Positions 52,503-64,000 of a DNA stretch of 64,000 nucleotides are shown piece after piece (within the stretch, counting starts at the first letter, position 1; each line of letters begins with the position of its first letter). Source of the DNA: Proteromonas lacertae (Eukaryota). The notes under the pieces are model-generated. The model did no database searches. It was not told the origin of the DNA and saw only the letters and a list, made by a program, of their open reading frames with translations. The stretch spans positions 310,001 to 374,000 of the forward strand of contig NGBS01001161.1 of NCBI GenBank assembly GCA_002245135.1, written 5' to 3'. Position numbers and translations under genes: made by a program.

Positions 52503-54581
52503 ATGATTTCTCTTCAGAATGTTTTTGTTGTTTATTTATATATATTATTATCATAGAATGAGATGAAATTAAGAAATACAAAAAGAGTAAGCTACTATGT
52601 TTAGTATTTAGAAACTTTTTGTTGTGAAAAAGAAAGAAGCACCATATTTTTACTTTATTGATAAATTCGATTCCAAAGTTATAAAGGTAATACCATTTAC
52701 TTCAAATAAAGAGGATATACACACATTTTGTGTATTCTACTGTTTATTTTATTATATAATAGTCAAATATATCTATTTTACAGCATGCATTTAATATACA
52801 TGCAAATTATTGTTTTCTTCCAACTCAATTGACATTATATTCTTCATTCATTGCTTTAGAAACTCCACATACCGGTCATATAATGTATTCAAAAATAACA
52901 TCAGATATTACATACATAAACTATATAATAAAGAGTATATGTCAATCATTGTTATTCCTTGAATCATTGAATATGATTCATGGATTAATTACTCCATCAA
53001 ATGTATTTTTCAGTGATTCTGATGGTCAAATATTATTATCAGATTACTTACAATACTCACTTATTAATAATCATTCAATAAATTATCTTAGTCCTGAAAG
53101 AATAAAAGGAATGGAAGTTGATATTAAGTCAGATATTTGGAGTTGTGGATGTTTAGTGTATTATTTATTAACTAAAACAAATCCATTTAATAATAAGGAT
53201 CAACTATTGCACTGTGAATATAGGGAATTGAAAAATAATGAATATTTTAATCAAATATTGAAGAATATCATCATTTTAAACCCCAGAAATAGATTAACTC
53301 TTTTGGAATTATATAATACTATTAATGAAATCGATATGAGAGTATTTGATTATAGAATATATCCATTATTAATGTATAATCAATATCAAATTGATAATGA
53401 TGAACAGTTGCAATTATTAAGTAAAAATATGAATATAATATTATTATTAATAAAAGAATATAATAAGCTTCCTGAGTTAAACTTTTTATTCCTATTTTTT
53501 CAGATGAGTGAATTATCATACCAGTATTCAATATTATTTCAAAATAATATAACAGAAAATCTGAATTTCTTCGATACATTTAGACAGAATCATAAACTTG
53601 ATTTATCATGGAAGCAATATTCACTTTCATTTCTAAATCAATTGTCATCACATTTTATTTCATTAAGACATTTAAAAGAATTAATATTTGTGAGTATATA
53701 ACATACAATATTCAATTTATTGTATTTATTTTAATAAAATAGATAATTCAATTCCTGATATCTCTGTATTAACTAAAAATTTTAAATATATAAGAGAATT
53801 AGAAGTGCTAAACATTGATAGTATAAAATTGTTAATTTTATATATTCAATAGTAAATAATTTAACATCAAGTGGTTTTAAAGAAATTAGTGATTGTTTGA
53901 AATATATTACTCTTTTGTCAGAGCTTTCATTAAATTGTATTAATTGATTATTACAATAATGAAATAGATAATAACTCTGAAGACTCAGGAATAGCTTATT
54001 TATCACAATCATTTCATTTTATCACTCATTTGAAGAAATTATCTCTAATAGAGAATAATGTAACAGATAAAGGGATTAAATTTCTATGTGAAAATATTAA
54101 ATATATACCAAATCTGACAGCGTTAATACTGAGTCGTATATCTATATCTATTGTATTTTTTCCTCATGAAATAGACAATAAAATTAATGATTTAGGAATG
54201 TCAATTTTGTCATACTCTTTTTCATCAATTTTATCATTAACTAAACTAAATATGCAATGTATTAAGTTCTTTGTATTTATTAGATAATTCAATTGGTGAT
54301 ATTGGAGGTATATCGCTTTATAACAATTTGCATTTACTTACTAAAATTCATGAACTGCAAATATCACGTATAAATACTTATATTCTAACATAGATAATAA
54401 AATGAGTGATGAGTCAATAGAATGCTTATGTGGATTGTGTTTTCCTGATAATGATAATTTCATTATGAACATTTCTTGTATAACAACTATATATCTTATG
54501 ATTTGCCTTATAGTTAACAAATTATCAAAGAAAACCGAAGAATTGTTGAGAAAATTATGCAAATTTAAATGTTACTATTGA
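52503..54581 (+). CDS. Pseudokinase + RNI-like LRR protein (paralog B) with one exon per LRR
   Basis: HGLITPSNV, LSDY, YLSPE and SDIWSCGC. LRR exons of 78, 84, 168, 84, 84 and 84 nt are all flanked by phase-1 introns. Confidence 0.8.
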
Positions 54582-54654
54582 TTAAAGGTGATTATGATTT
54601 GATTATGTTTGAATGAAGTAGCCGTTTCATTTAGAATATTTTAAAAATTACAAC

Positions 54655-56716
54655 ATGCCAAGTTATCCATCAACATTTTTACCACCATATACTCCATCAC
54701 AAATGCTATTACGTCCTCCTCCTCCTCAACTACCACCACCCCAAACGCCGAATTCATTTTACAGTATAAAAGTAGCTAGAAAGAAACTTCATGTGTGTAA
54801 TTATTATTATGTAGAACAAGTTAAGAATAGTAATGAAGTATTTGTCATTAAAACACTTAAATTACCAATTAAAGAATTTCACACAATTGAAATGGAAATA
54901 TTAGAGTTAATTAAACACTCAGGAGCTAGATATAATATTATAAATAGAATATATAATGTAAACAATAATTATACCAATATTTATACTGAATTTGAAGAAT
55001 TTGGAACAATGTGCGATTGTATAGAGTATTGGGATAATATGAATCAGCCTTTCACATTAGATGTATATTACTATGCAATTTATTGAATAGATAATTCTGA
55101 AATATATCAATCATATCATTCTTCAATTGCAGTTCCTTTATGATAAAGGATATGGACATGGAAATATATGTACTAAATCATTCTTATTTGGTAAAAGACT
55201 AAACTATCCAATTTTATGGAAGTATTCATATGCATATAAGATATCAAGTCCAGAAATAAATAGTTATGATCGTTGTGAAATTAGCCACCAGAAATAATAG
55301 AAAAGAAATCGTATAGTGAAAAAAGTGACATTTTTGCTTTAGGTTGTCTTATTTATGAAATGTATAGATTTCGAAAGTTGTTTACACATGCAAATGCAAA
55401 TGATATGTACAATACATTTAAAAATATAAGATACCCAGAAGTTGTTAATAATAGTGGCGATTTAATTATTAGTTTAGTAAGGAAAATGATAGAATATGAT
55501 TTCAATAAAAGAATATCTTTTGATGATTTAAAGAATGAAATACGTATTATTGCTAATAATAATCAACCACAACAACTAATACCACAACATCCTCAACCAC
55601 AAATGTCACAAACTCAACTAATACCACAACATCCTCAACCACAAATGTCACAAACTCAACTAATACCACAAATTCAACCTCTACAACTACAGAATTGTCA
55701 AACATCACCACCAAATAATTCACAACAAACAGAAACTATATATCCATCTCAAACAATAATTCAATCACATACATTATATCCTTACCAACAGACACAACCA
55801 CCACAACCACAACAAGCGCCTCCACCAATACCATTACCTCAACCACAGAATCAACAAATAAATGTATATATAATAATGTATATAGGAATAAATAGATTGT
55901 TAAGTTTTATTCTGGAGAAGAAAAGTATGATGGTAAGTATATAAATTATTATATAAATTGTGAACCAGAAGAGTTAAGTGGAAAGGATCTTGATACGTTT
56001 GAAATACTATTACCATCATCAAAGTCAAATAATATCAGATTTGAAAAAAGAGATTTAGAAAGTATCTTTTTTATTATCTATTATTAGTTTTTAAAAAGAA
56101 CGAAAGATGTGTAAAGAATTACATGAAGATGAAAGATATAATAATAAAAATGAATGGATTTGATCCTAATACTCACAGAGAGAATGAATGTTTTCAGTAT
56201 TATTGAATATAATATTCATTATTTTATAGATATAACAATAAAAGAGGTAATCTAATTCTGAAACAAATGAAAATTAGTGTTAGTGAAATACTTGATGATG
56301 TATCAATACTGAATAATATTGATAAATACATAGATAAATGTATATTTTAAATTATGTTATATAAAATAGTGGGATTTGAAGTTTCTCTACCTAACATGAG
56401 TAGCAGTAGTGATTATAAATCACCAATAACTGAATTAGATATATCATATATCAATATACCTAAAAAAAGAGAAAATACTTATAATGAACAGATAGAAAAT
56501 GAAGGTGGCATAAATGAGCATCAAATACAAGATGAAAATTATACAGAAACTGAAGATCATACAGAAAATGATTCTGATATAAAAGAGGATGAAATACAAG
56601 GTGAAGATGATATAAAGAAAGAAGATGAAATGGAAAATGAAGAAGATGTTGAAAATGGTGAATTTCATCCTCCAAAGAGTGATGTTAACCCCAATCAATG
56701 CTGTACATTCATGTAA
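54655..56716 (+). CDS. Pseudokinase with Pro/Gln-rich linker, acidic tail and C-terminal CaaX (CCTFM); apparent frameshift at ~55283
   Basis: VIK, HGNICTKSF, PPE and SDIFALGC. All other junctions are in-frame GT-AG introns. Confidence 0.7.
55573..55671 (+). repeat. Coding tandem repeat, 42-nt unit x ~2.4 (QLIPQHPQPQMSQT)
   Basis: caactaataccacaacatcctcaaccacaaatgtcacaaact occurs exactly twice plus a partial copy. Confidence 0.95.
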
Positions 56717-57012
56717 TTGAATAGTTTGTTGTTTTACATATAATAATTCATATACTTAATAGTAGTTTTGAGAGATTATTATTACATAATTGAATTAAAT
56801 ATTCAAGATTATTAAATAACTGGATGTCTTATAATAATGTATGAAACATGTGAATAATTGACATTTTCCCTCAAATTTCTCTTTATTGGACTACTATGAA
56901 AAGCCGCTCAAATAAAAAATCATGCATAGATAGTAATATATTAAAACAATGCAAATAAGATTTAAATACAAATAACAGTATATTAAATATGAAAGTACAT
57001 GTAATTTACCGC

Positions 57013-57280
57013 CTAAAAGATATCATCAGTATTATCACCATCAGGAGATCGTTCTAAGTACCGAAATCCATCTTCATCTCTCTTTTCAATAAATAATTCA
57101 CGTTTTGGAGCAGTTAAATTACGCATAGTAGAGTTTTTTGTCTTTAAGGTGATAGGTGAATATATTGGTTGTTTTTTGAGCTTCATATCAACAGCTTTTG
57201 AGAATTGTAATTCAAGATAACTACATAATAAATAAATTAAGTGTATACTTTGAATCAAAATGGACATTGCATTGTGACAT
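57013..57280 (-). CDS. Small hypothetical protein (~80 aa, one intron), or a terminal exon of the upstream WD40 gene
   Basis: ATG 57280 plus a 28-nt GT-AG intron joins ORF 57013 (...ERSPDGDNTDDIF). Confidence 0.35.
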
Positions 57281-57465
57281 TGAGATGTTCTACTACAGTT
57301 CAAGGTTGTTCGATTATAAATTGATTTAATGAAAGTTCAACCAATAAAATTCCTGAAATCTTTATGTAAATTATGACATTTTTACGGTCAAGAAGAAAAA
57401 CACATTACTCCTTCTTTTTTCAAACACAGATGTAAATAATATCATACAAAAACAAAATATCGCCA

Positions 57466-58911
57466 CTAAGAATACATAAAAGAATACTTTATTTTCATTC
57501 TTCTGGAGTTTTTATTTGTAGGTGGTCTAGTTGATGGAGGGATTGGTATCTGCTTAATTGTCTGTCCTTCTTCATTCAACATTGTGTTGTTCTGAATTAA
57601 TTGCTTCTTTTCTTCTTTAATCAATAATTGGTTGAATCTTCTTGTTTGAGCTGGTAATTTTGTTAATTTCTTTTGTTTCTCTTCCTCTTCATTGATTTCT
57701 TTGGGATGCTTCATATATGAATCAATAATTGCCGATTTCAAGCCGTAAGGGAGAAGTGTAAAGGGTGAAGATAAAGGATAAACATCACTATAAGGTACTA
57801 TATCTTTAGTATCTATCATTCCATTTGTTTGTATTTCTATTGCATCATCTAACAAAACTGTGAATCTCTTCTTACATACATCAGGATCATCACATTCCGT
57901 CAAAGTAGGCGACCAATCATTATCACCTATTTTACATTCAATCTTTAACTCTTTCAAATTCAAAAAATAACAAACAGCTCCACCAACAGTAAGAACAATA
58001 TTTTCATAAACAGTTGGTGCCAAAAATTTGGGTGTTTTATTGAACCCAGGAATTGTATCAACAATTGTATGTGGTGTATCTTTACCTAAAGGTCTCCATT
58101 TCTTTACATTCGTTAAATCTAAAATAATAATCTGTGGTTTATTAGTTCCTAGATATAAATTTTCCTCATTTTTATCAAAAACCATTGAATATACTTCAGA
58201 ATTAGCAGATAATCTATAAGCGGTCTCATTAGTAGTAAGTGACTGATAATTATGATTATCAATAGTAAATATATATCCATTATCAGTATTATAGAATATT
58301 AAATTACTTGTTGAATGGTATAATATTTTATTGACTGATGGTCTTAACACTTGTTTTTCTGATAGTTTCTTATTACCAATTATATCTGAAGGAGAATATA
58401 ATAAATTGATATGATCACCACTTAGTTTATTCCAAAAACTAATTTCTCCATTAAATGTACCAGCTACTATTGTTGTTGGAGTGGAGGTTAAACATAATAC
58501 ATGAGAACTAATACCATCTAAATTCAGTATTCTTGGAGGAATTTTTGTTCCCATATCTATATAAAAATATAAATATAATTATTATACCTGTAACAATGTA
58601 CATACTTCCATGATAACCACCACATATTAAAGTAAAATAAGCTTGAGGTATGTTTGTAAAATGTAATCTATTTACATCTATATGATTTGGCAATTGAGTG
58701 TGAAATGTACAACTTCCATTATGTAAGTTATATATATAAATATGACCATATTGAGTACCAACAGCTAATACTTTGCCATTTATACCTAAGAGACAGCTAA
58801 TTAAACGACGATCTTGATGTATTTGGAATGAATAAACAATTGTTCCTGTATGAATACTATACTCTGATACTAATCCTTTACCAGTTACTAACACAATCTA
58901 ATTAAACATAA

Positions 58912-58949
<38 letters not shown>

Positions 58950-60671
58950 ATGTAAATCAGGACTGTATAGTAATCCAACAATTTGTAATTCTAGATCAAT
59001 TAATGAATCATCATCTTCTTCTTTCTTCTCTGGAACTTTGTCAGCTTGCATTACATCAACACTGCTAAATGGACTATCTATTTTTTCACCCATAATATAT
59101 TTCACATTCCAAGATCTTATCTGACTACCAGCTATAAATATTCTACTATATTGTTCATCATAATATAAAGTAGAATGATATTGTTGTTCCCAATCTGTTG
59201 TTGATTGCAACAACCTTCCCATTCTTAAATCAAATACTTTAATCTTTCTATCAACACTTGTACATATTAACATATCTTCATTTTCACAACAACATATACC
59301 ACATACTCTATGATCCAATATATTTCCAATATCTTCAACAAATGGTAATAATTGGGTAGGACGATGGGGTGAAAAAGGATCCCACATACTGACAGTTCTA
59401 CCAAACCCAGCACATGCCAATACTCTTCTAGAACCACACCATGTGAATAATCGAACATTATTTGGATCAGTCATTATAGTTTTTGGTGTAAAATGATAAG
59501 GATCAACAATAATCATTTTATTATCTAATCCACTACTTACATATCCAACTAAAGCAGGAATATATTGTATTTGAGTTATATTTTGTTTATGAACATTATA
59601 ATGGGTTAATTCATCACCTGTTTCAACATCATATAAGACAATACAACCGTTATGACAACCACAACATAAATATTCTTTTTTATTATCTTCACTGATATTA
59701 CTATATAGATAAGTTGGAGTACCATAATCAACTTCTAACGATCCTCTTGGATGTATATTCACATTCATAGAATGCAATGATAAATCATATTGTTGAATCA
59801 ATCTATTCTTATAAGCAATGAATACTTGTGGAAACATACTTCTATAAGCAATAGCAACAACAGGTTGTTTGACTCCCATTTGCATTAATGATAATTTACT
59901 TTCAAATGTTGCTCTTGGTGGATTTTTAAGACCAGGCTGTAATGGCTTTTCATGTACTGATAAACTATATCTATAACTTAAATCATTGCCATATATATTC
60001 ACAGTGTCATCTCTATTTAACATTATATATTGATCTAATGTGGTTGAATATAAAATTTGAGTTGGACCAGAGTTTGTGTATGGTTTGATAATTCCTGATG
60101 GTTTTAATCGATGAAAACCAAATAAATACTTCAAATCGTATGAATTGGAAGTTTCATCTATTAAGTATTCAGTTATTTGATTCCAATAAATTTTCCCTTC
60201 ATTTCTCCAATCGATTTTGTCATAGAATAAATCGATTTGTTCTTGTGTACTATCACATATCAATAATACTGTATAATAAAAGTCTAATTTGGTTAAATAT
60301 TGGATTTTTTTCTTTCTAAATATGTGATATACTAATCTTTGAAATAAATCAAGCTAGTAACATAATAAAAATACAAATAAATATACTGATCTAATTATTG
60401 CTTCTGTTGATAATGGTGCTCTTTCTCTAGATTTGATTATTTCTATAAATTTATCAGATAAATCTTTAAATGGAGTATGTGGACCTTCTAATGATTCTTT
60501 CAGGAAGAATGCTTTTGAATCACGAGTTATACAGCTTAAAAATGATTCTCTTCTTGATACTGCACTTTTTGGTGTAGAAGGCAATGATTGGTATGTTGGT
60601 TCACTCGACTTTATTTCTTCTAATCTATTATTAAATATTCTTTTTTTCAAATTCCTGTATAATTCAGACAT
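57466..60671 (-). CDS. EF-hand-like + WD40 repeat protein (WDR49/WDR64/EFCAB8-like, cilia-associated family); 3' end uncertain
   Basis: IDLFYDKIDWRNEGKIYWNQITEYL followed by WD-type repeats (SMWDP, KVFDLR, ISFWN). Confidence 0.72.
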
Positions 60672-60790
60672 ATTTTAAAAAATAGAATAAAAAACTGTGG
60701 ACATATAATTACAGTGTCAATGTAAATATTTCTTTTTATTAAAATAAACACAAAATACTAGAATTCATCTATTGAATCAAATTAGATTAT

Positions 60791-62126
60791 TTATTTTTTA
60801 CCTCCAGCTTTCCAATCAACCACCTCTTTAATGGCTTTAGCTACATACTCCACATTATTCTCTCTTAAGCCTGGAATACTAATTCTACCATTCTTTAACA
60901 TATAAATGTGATGCTTGTCAATCATTCTTTGACTTTGATCAGGATCTAAACCAGTGAATGAAAACATTCCGATTTGCTTGGTTATATGATCCCATTTACC
61001 TGCAGTTCCAATTTTTTCTAATGTTTCTTTCAACATCTTTCTCATTTTAATAATTCTGCTTGATACCATCTTAACTTCATCATTCCATTCTTTGAATAAT
61101 TCTGGAGATGTTAAGATCTTAGCAACAATAAAAGCACCATGAGAGGGAGGATTAGAATAGTCAGGTCTTACTACCAATTCAATCTCACTTTGAACTGCTT
61201 TTGCTGCTTTTTCTGATTTACAAACAACATTAATAGCACCAATTCTTTCATTGTATAATCCCATATTTTTAGCATAGGATTGTGATGCTAAAAACTCAAT
61301 TCCTTTCTTTTCAAATAATCTGACGGATGTTGCATCTTTCACTAAATCACCTGAAGCGAAATCCTTGATAAGCAGTATCAAAGAATGGAATGAAGTGTTT
61401 CTTTATACATAAATCAGCAATTTTCTCCCACTCTTCTGCAGTTGGATCAACTCCTGTTGGATTATGAGCACATGTGTGGAATAAGATGATTGAACCATCT
61501 GGAGCGTTTGTTAAATCTTCAATTAAGCCTTTAAGATCTAATGCTATTTCTTTAGCATCATAATATCTGTATTCACAAACATTAGCAGCCATTCCTACTG
61601 TGTTGAAGATTTGACGGTGATTTTCCCATGTGACGTTTGGAATATATACTTTTCTATCATGACAGCATTTTGCTAAGAATGCAGCACCTAAGAATAAAGA
61701 ACCAGTTCCAGATAAGCCTTGTACGGTGCATACACGGTTCTCTTTAACAGCTTTTGCATCTTCACCTAATAAAAACTTTCTAGTAGCTTCACGGAATGCT
61801 GGGAAACCTGCAATTGGTAAATACTCTTTGTTATAACTTGGATCACTTAATATAGCTTCCTCAGCTTTTCTGACTACTTTAAAGTAATATGGTTTTCCTT
61901 CTTCTGTACGATAAGCACCAATACCAACATCAACCTTGTCTGGGCATTTATCATTTGTGTATAACTCTTTTAAATGGAAAATAGCATTGGGTGGAGCTAT
62001 TGGAAGCTTCTATTAAACAGCATTAATAAAAAAACATACTTCCCAAGCTGAATCTTTAGCTGGTAATTTTGGATCATATGGAACATTTCTAGTGAATTGA
62101 GATGGGAATGAAGGAGATGAACCCAT
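60791..62126 (-). CDS. Aspartate aminotransferase (class I PLP enzyme); 1-nt insertion at 61359-61361
   Basis: GIGAYRT, VQGLSGTGSL, HTCAHNPTGVDP, FFDTAYQGF/ASGD, SYAKNMGLYNERIG and QIGMFSFTGL. Confidence 0.93.
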
Positions 62127-62371
62127 TAGACTGTTGTAAATGAAAGAAAGAAAGAAGATTCAATGAAACGAATAAAACAAAACGAATGTTTTTTTAATTA
62201 CACCCTTTCTTCGTTGAATGTGTTTTATACATTACCATAACTACTTTTCGAAATGATAAAAGTGAATTAAATTTATAGAATATATTCTCATTTTAAGCTT
62301 CTGTTGAAATAAATTTCATTAATTATTCAAAGAACAACTAATTGATAAAGAAAAATTATATTTTAAATTAA

Positions 62372-62769
62372 TTAAAATTGAAAGTGTTCAACCTCTCCAT
62401 TTTCCTCTTCTTCCCCTTCTCCTTCCTCTTCTTCCTCACCTTCTCCTCCTTCTTCCTCTTCATATTTTTCTTCTTGTGATTCATGATGTTCAACTGATGG
62501 AACATTGTTATCCACCTCTTCTTCATCCTCTTCATCCTCTTCTGACGGCATTTGTGAAAAATATGAAGCTGCAAACTGAATTGTGTCTTCAGGTTTATAT
62601 TCAAGCACAGTTAATAAAAATTGTTTAGTCATTTCCAATAGTTCTGGGTGTTCTCTTAGATATCTCTCATTATTTATTTTTGTATCAATCTAAATACATG
62701 AAACATTCAATATAATACTCTAGCCTTCTGTAATGCATCTCGCTGCTGAGAATTAAGTGCGCTTTTCAT
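62372..62769 (-). CDS. RIIAD1: RIIa domain-containing protein 1 (docking/dimerisation domain) with acidic tail
   Basis: QQRDALQKARIDTKINNERYLREHPE...KPEDTIQFAASYF matches the RIIAD1 pattern (TRIxNExYLRxHxE...RPxNILEFAAxYF). Confidence 0.8.
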
Positions 62770-62815
62770 TTTTATGAGTTTATAAAAATTACCGTTTCTT
62801 GTTTTTAAATCAATA

Positions 62816-63584
62816 ATGTCTCAAGAACAGTATCTAGAATCACTTTTAAAACTTGAACCACCCGTGTGTGTATCTAATACAACATTAGATAGTAAAGTAT
62901 AACCTCATTAGTTTATATTTTGTTCTACTAGCCAAGTAAACAAATAGCAATGAATAAACTTGAAAGTACACAACTAGATGAGATTTTAAACTCAATATTA
63001 CCACCTCAGTATCATAATTAGTGTTATTTTATAGCCGTTTCACAAAGGATGGTTTTACATATGAGCAACAAGTATCAAAAGCAAAATCAGGAAGAATGGA
63101 GATAATACAATTACAAGAAACTTTAGATCGAAATCTTGCAAAACGTCAAGCAAGAGATAGTGGTATATGTCCAGTAAGAGAAGATTTATACCATCAATGT
63201 TTTGATGAAATTATTCGACAAGTAACAATATTTGGACCAGAAAGAGGTTTATTGTTATTGAGAGTAAGAGATGAAATAAGAATGACAATTGATGCTTATA
63301 AAACATTATATGATAGTAGTGTAATATTCGGAATAAGAAAACAAAAGCAAAGTGAAGATGGAATGGAAGAAATGAGACAGAATATTAGGGATTTAGAAGA
63401 GAAAAAAGCAAGATTGAATCTTGAAGTATTGGAATTGAGAAACAAAGTTGATATTTTACAGAAAAGAATTGCTGAAGAACAAGCTGTTGAACAGAAGAAT
63501 TATCAAGAACAAACTGATTTTATTAAGCATCAAATAGGACATTTTGAACAATATTTAAAGAGTTTAGATGCTGATGCTAATTAA
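62816..63584 (+). CDS. DNALI1: Axonemal inner-arm dynein light chain p28
   Basis: EILNSILPP and RQARDSGICPVREDLYHQCFDEIIRQVTIFGPERGLLLLRVRDEIRMT. Confidence 0.96.
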
Positions 63585-63687
63585 TTTATACTAAACTTTA
63601 ATATTTATTGATATAATTGATTTGGTTTGTTTGTATATATATTCAAAAAAGAATAATAATTAAAAATAATATAAGTTGTTATAATAA

Positions 63688-64000
63688 TTACTTATAATCA
63701 TCAGAAAAAAATGAATGAAGTAATGTTGGTGATGCTATACTATCTCTTCTTCTATGATGAACTGATCTCTCATTTTTGTTAAATATATATTTCTGAATTG
63801 CTTCAAAAAATACATCACCATCTTCATTCTCAAGTTTTATTTCGATTTCTTTTTTATCTATTTACAAATAATAATAATAATAATAATAATATATACCATC
63901 ACCAATTAAACATCCATTTCTATATTTATTACAGAAAATATAACCACACATCATTTTATTGTTTTTCTTTATATTATTTGTATTTAATATGACTTTAACA
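63688..64000 (-). CDS. 3' end of a hypothetical protein gene running off the window, one intron
   Basis: Open frame ...CLIGD|DKKEIEIKLE...FSDDYK* across a GT-AG intron (63858-63896). Confidence 0.55.

Noticed and set aside
11118..61361. Euplotes-style programmed frameshifting at stop codons
   Set aside because: In AspAT the conserved motif forces the shift at TTTC, several codons before the stop. There is no shared slippery motif and shifts go in both directions.
1..64000. Alternative genetic code, or stop codons created by polyadenylation
   Set aside because: TAA, TAG and TGA all end genes at expected positions, and nearly all other ORF breaks are explained by introns. Every complete gene has a genomic stop.
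1..64000. CRISPR arrays, transposons, rRNA or tRNA genes, bacterial contamination
   Set aside because: I saw no spaced direct repeats, transposase/RT motifs or RNA-gene signatures. The bacterial-like PBP modules carry spliceosomal introns and sit among eukaryotic genes.

Overview
This is gene-dense, very AT-rich nuclear DNA from a eukaryote, with about 30 genes. It uses the standard code, has GT-AG introns mostly 25-40 nt long, and has intergenic gaps of about 45-450 nt. Ciliary genes (DNALI1/p28, BBIP1/BBS18, RIIAD1, an EF-hand-WD40 protein) occur with an anaerobic-type acetate:succinate CoA-transferase and Blastocystis-like micro-introns. I infer a flagellated anaerobic gut stramenopile (Opalinata, Proteromonas-like), but this is not verified. 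Highlights: (1) an ~11.9 kb gene for a giant class C (GABA-B-like) GPCR whose ectodomain has nine tandem UrtA/AmiC-like Venus-flytrap modules; (2) two non-GT-AG, U12-like introns that both start ATATCTTTTAT; (3) pseudokinase-LRR genes, one with a single 84-nt phase-1 exon per LRR; (4) a polyproline scaffold combining SCAB1-like Ig-PH, EH and OCRE-like domains; (5) a two-repeat CNBD K+ channel; (6) a recurrent CCGTTTC promoter motif. Six single-base frameshifts are most likely assembly errors. All gene models were spliced by eye and all family calls rest on motif recognition, not database searches.
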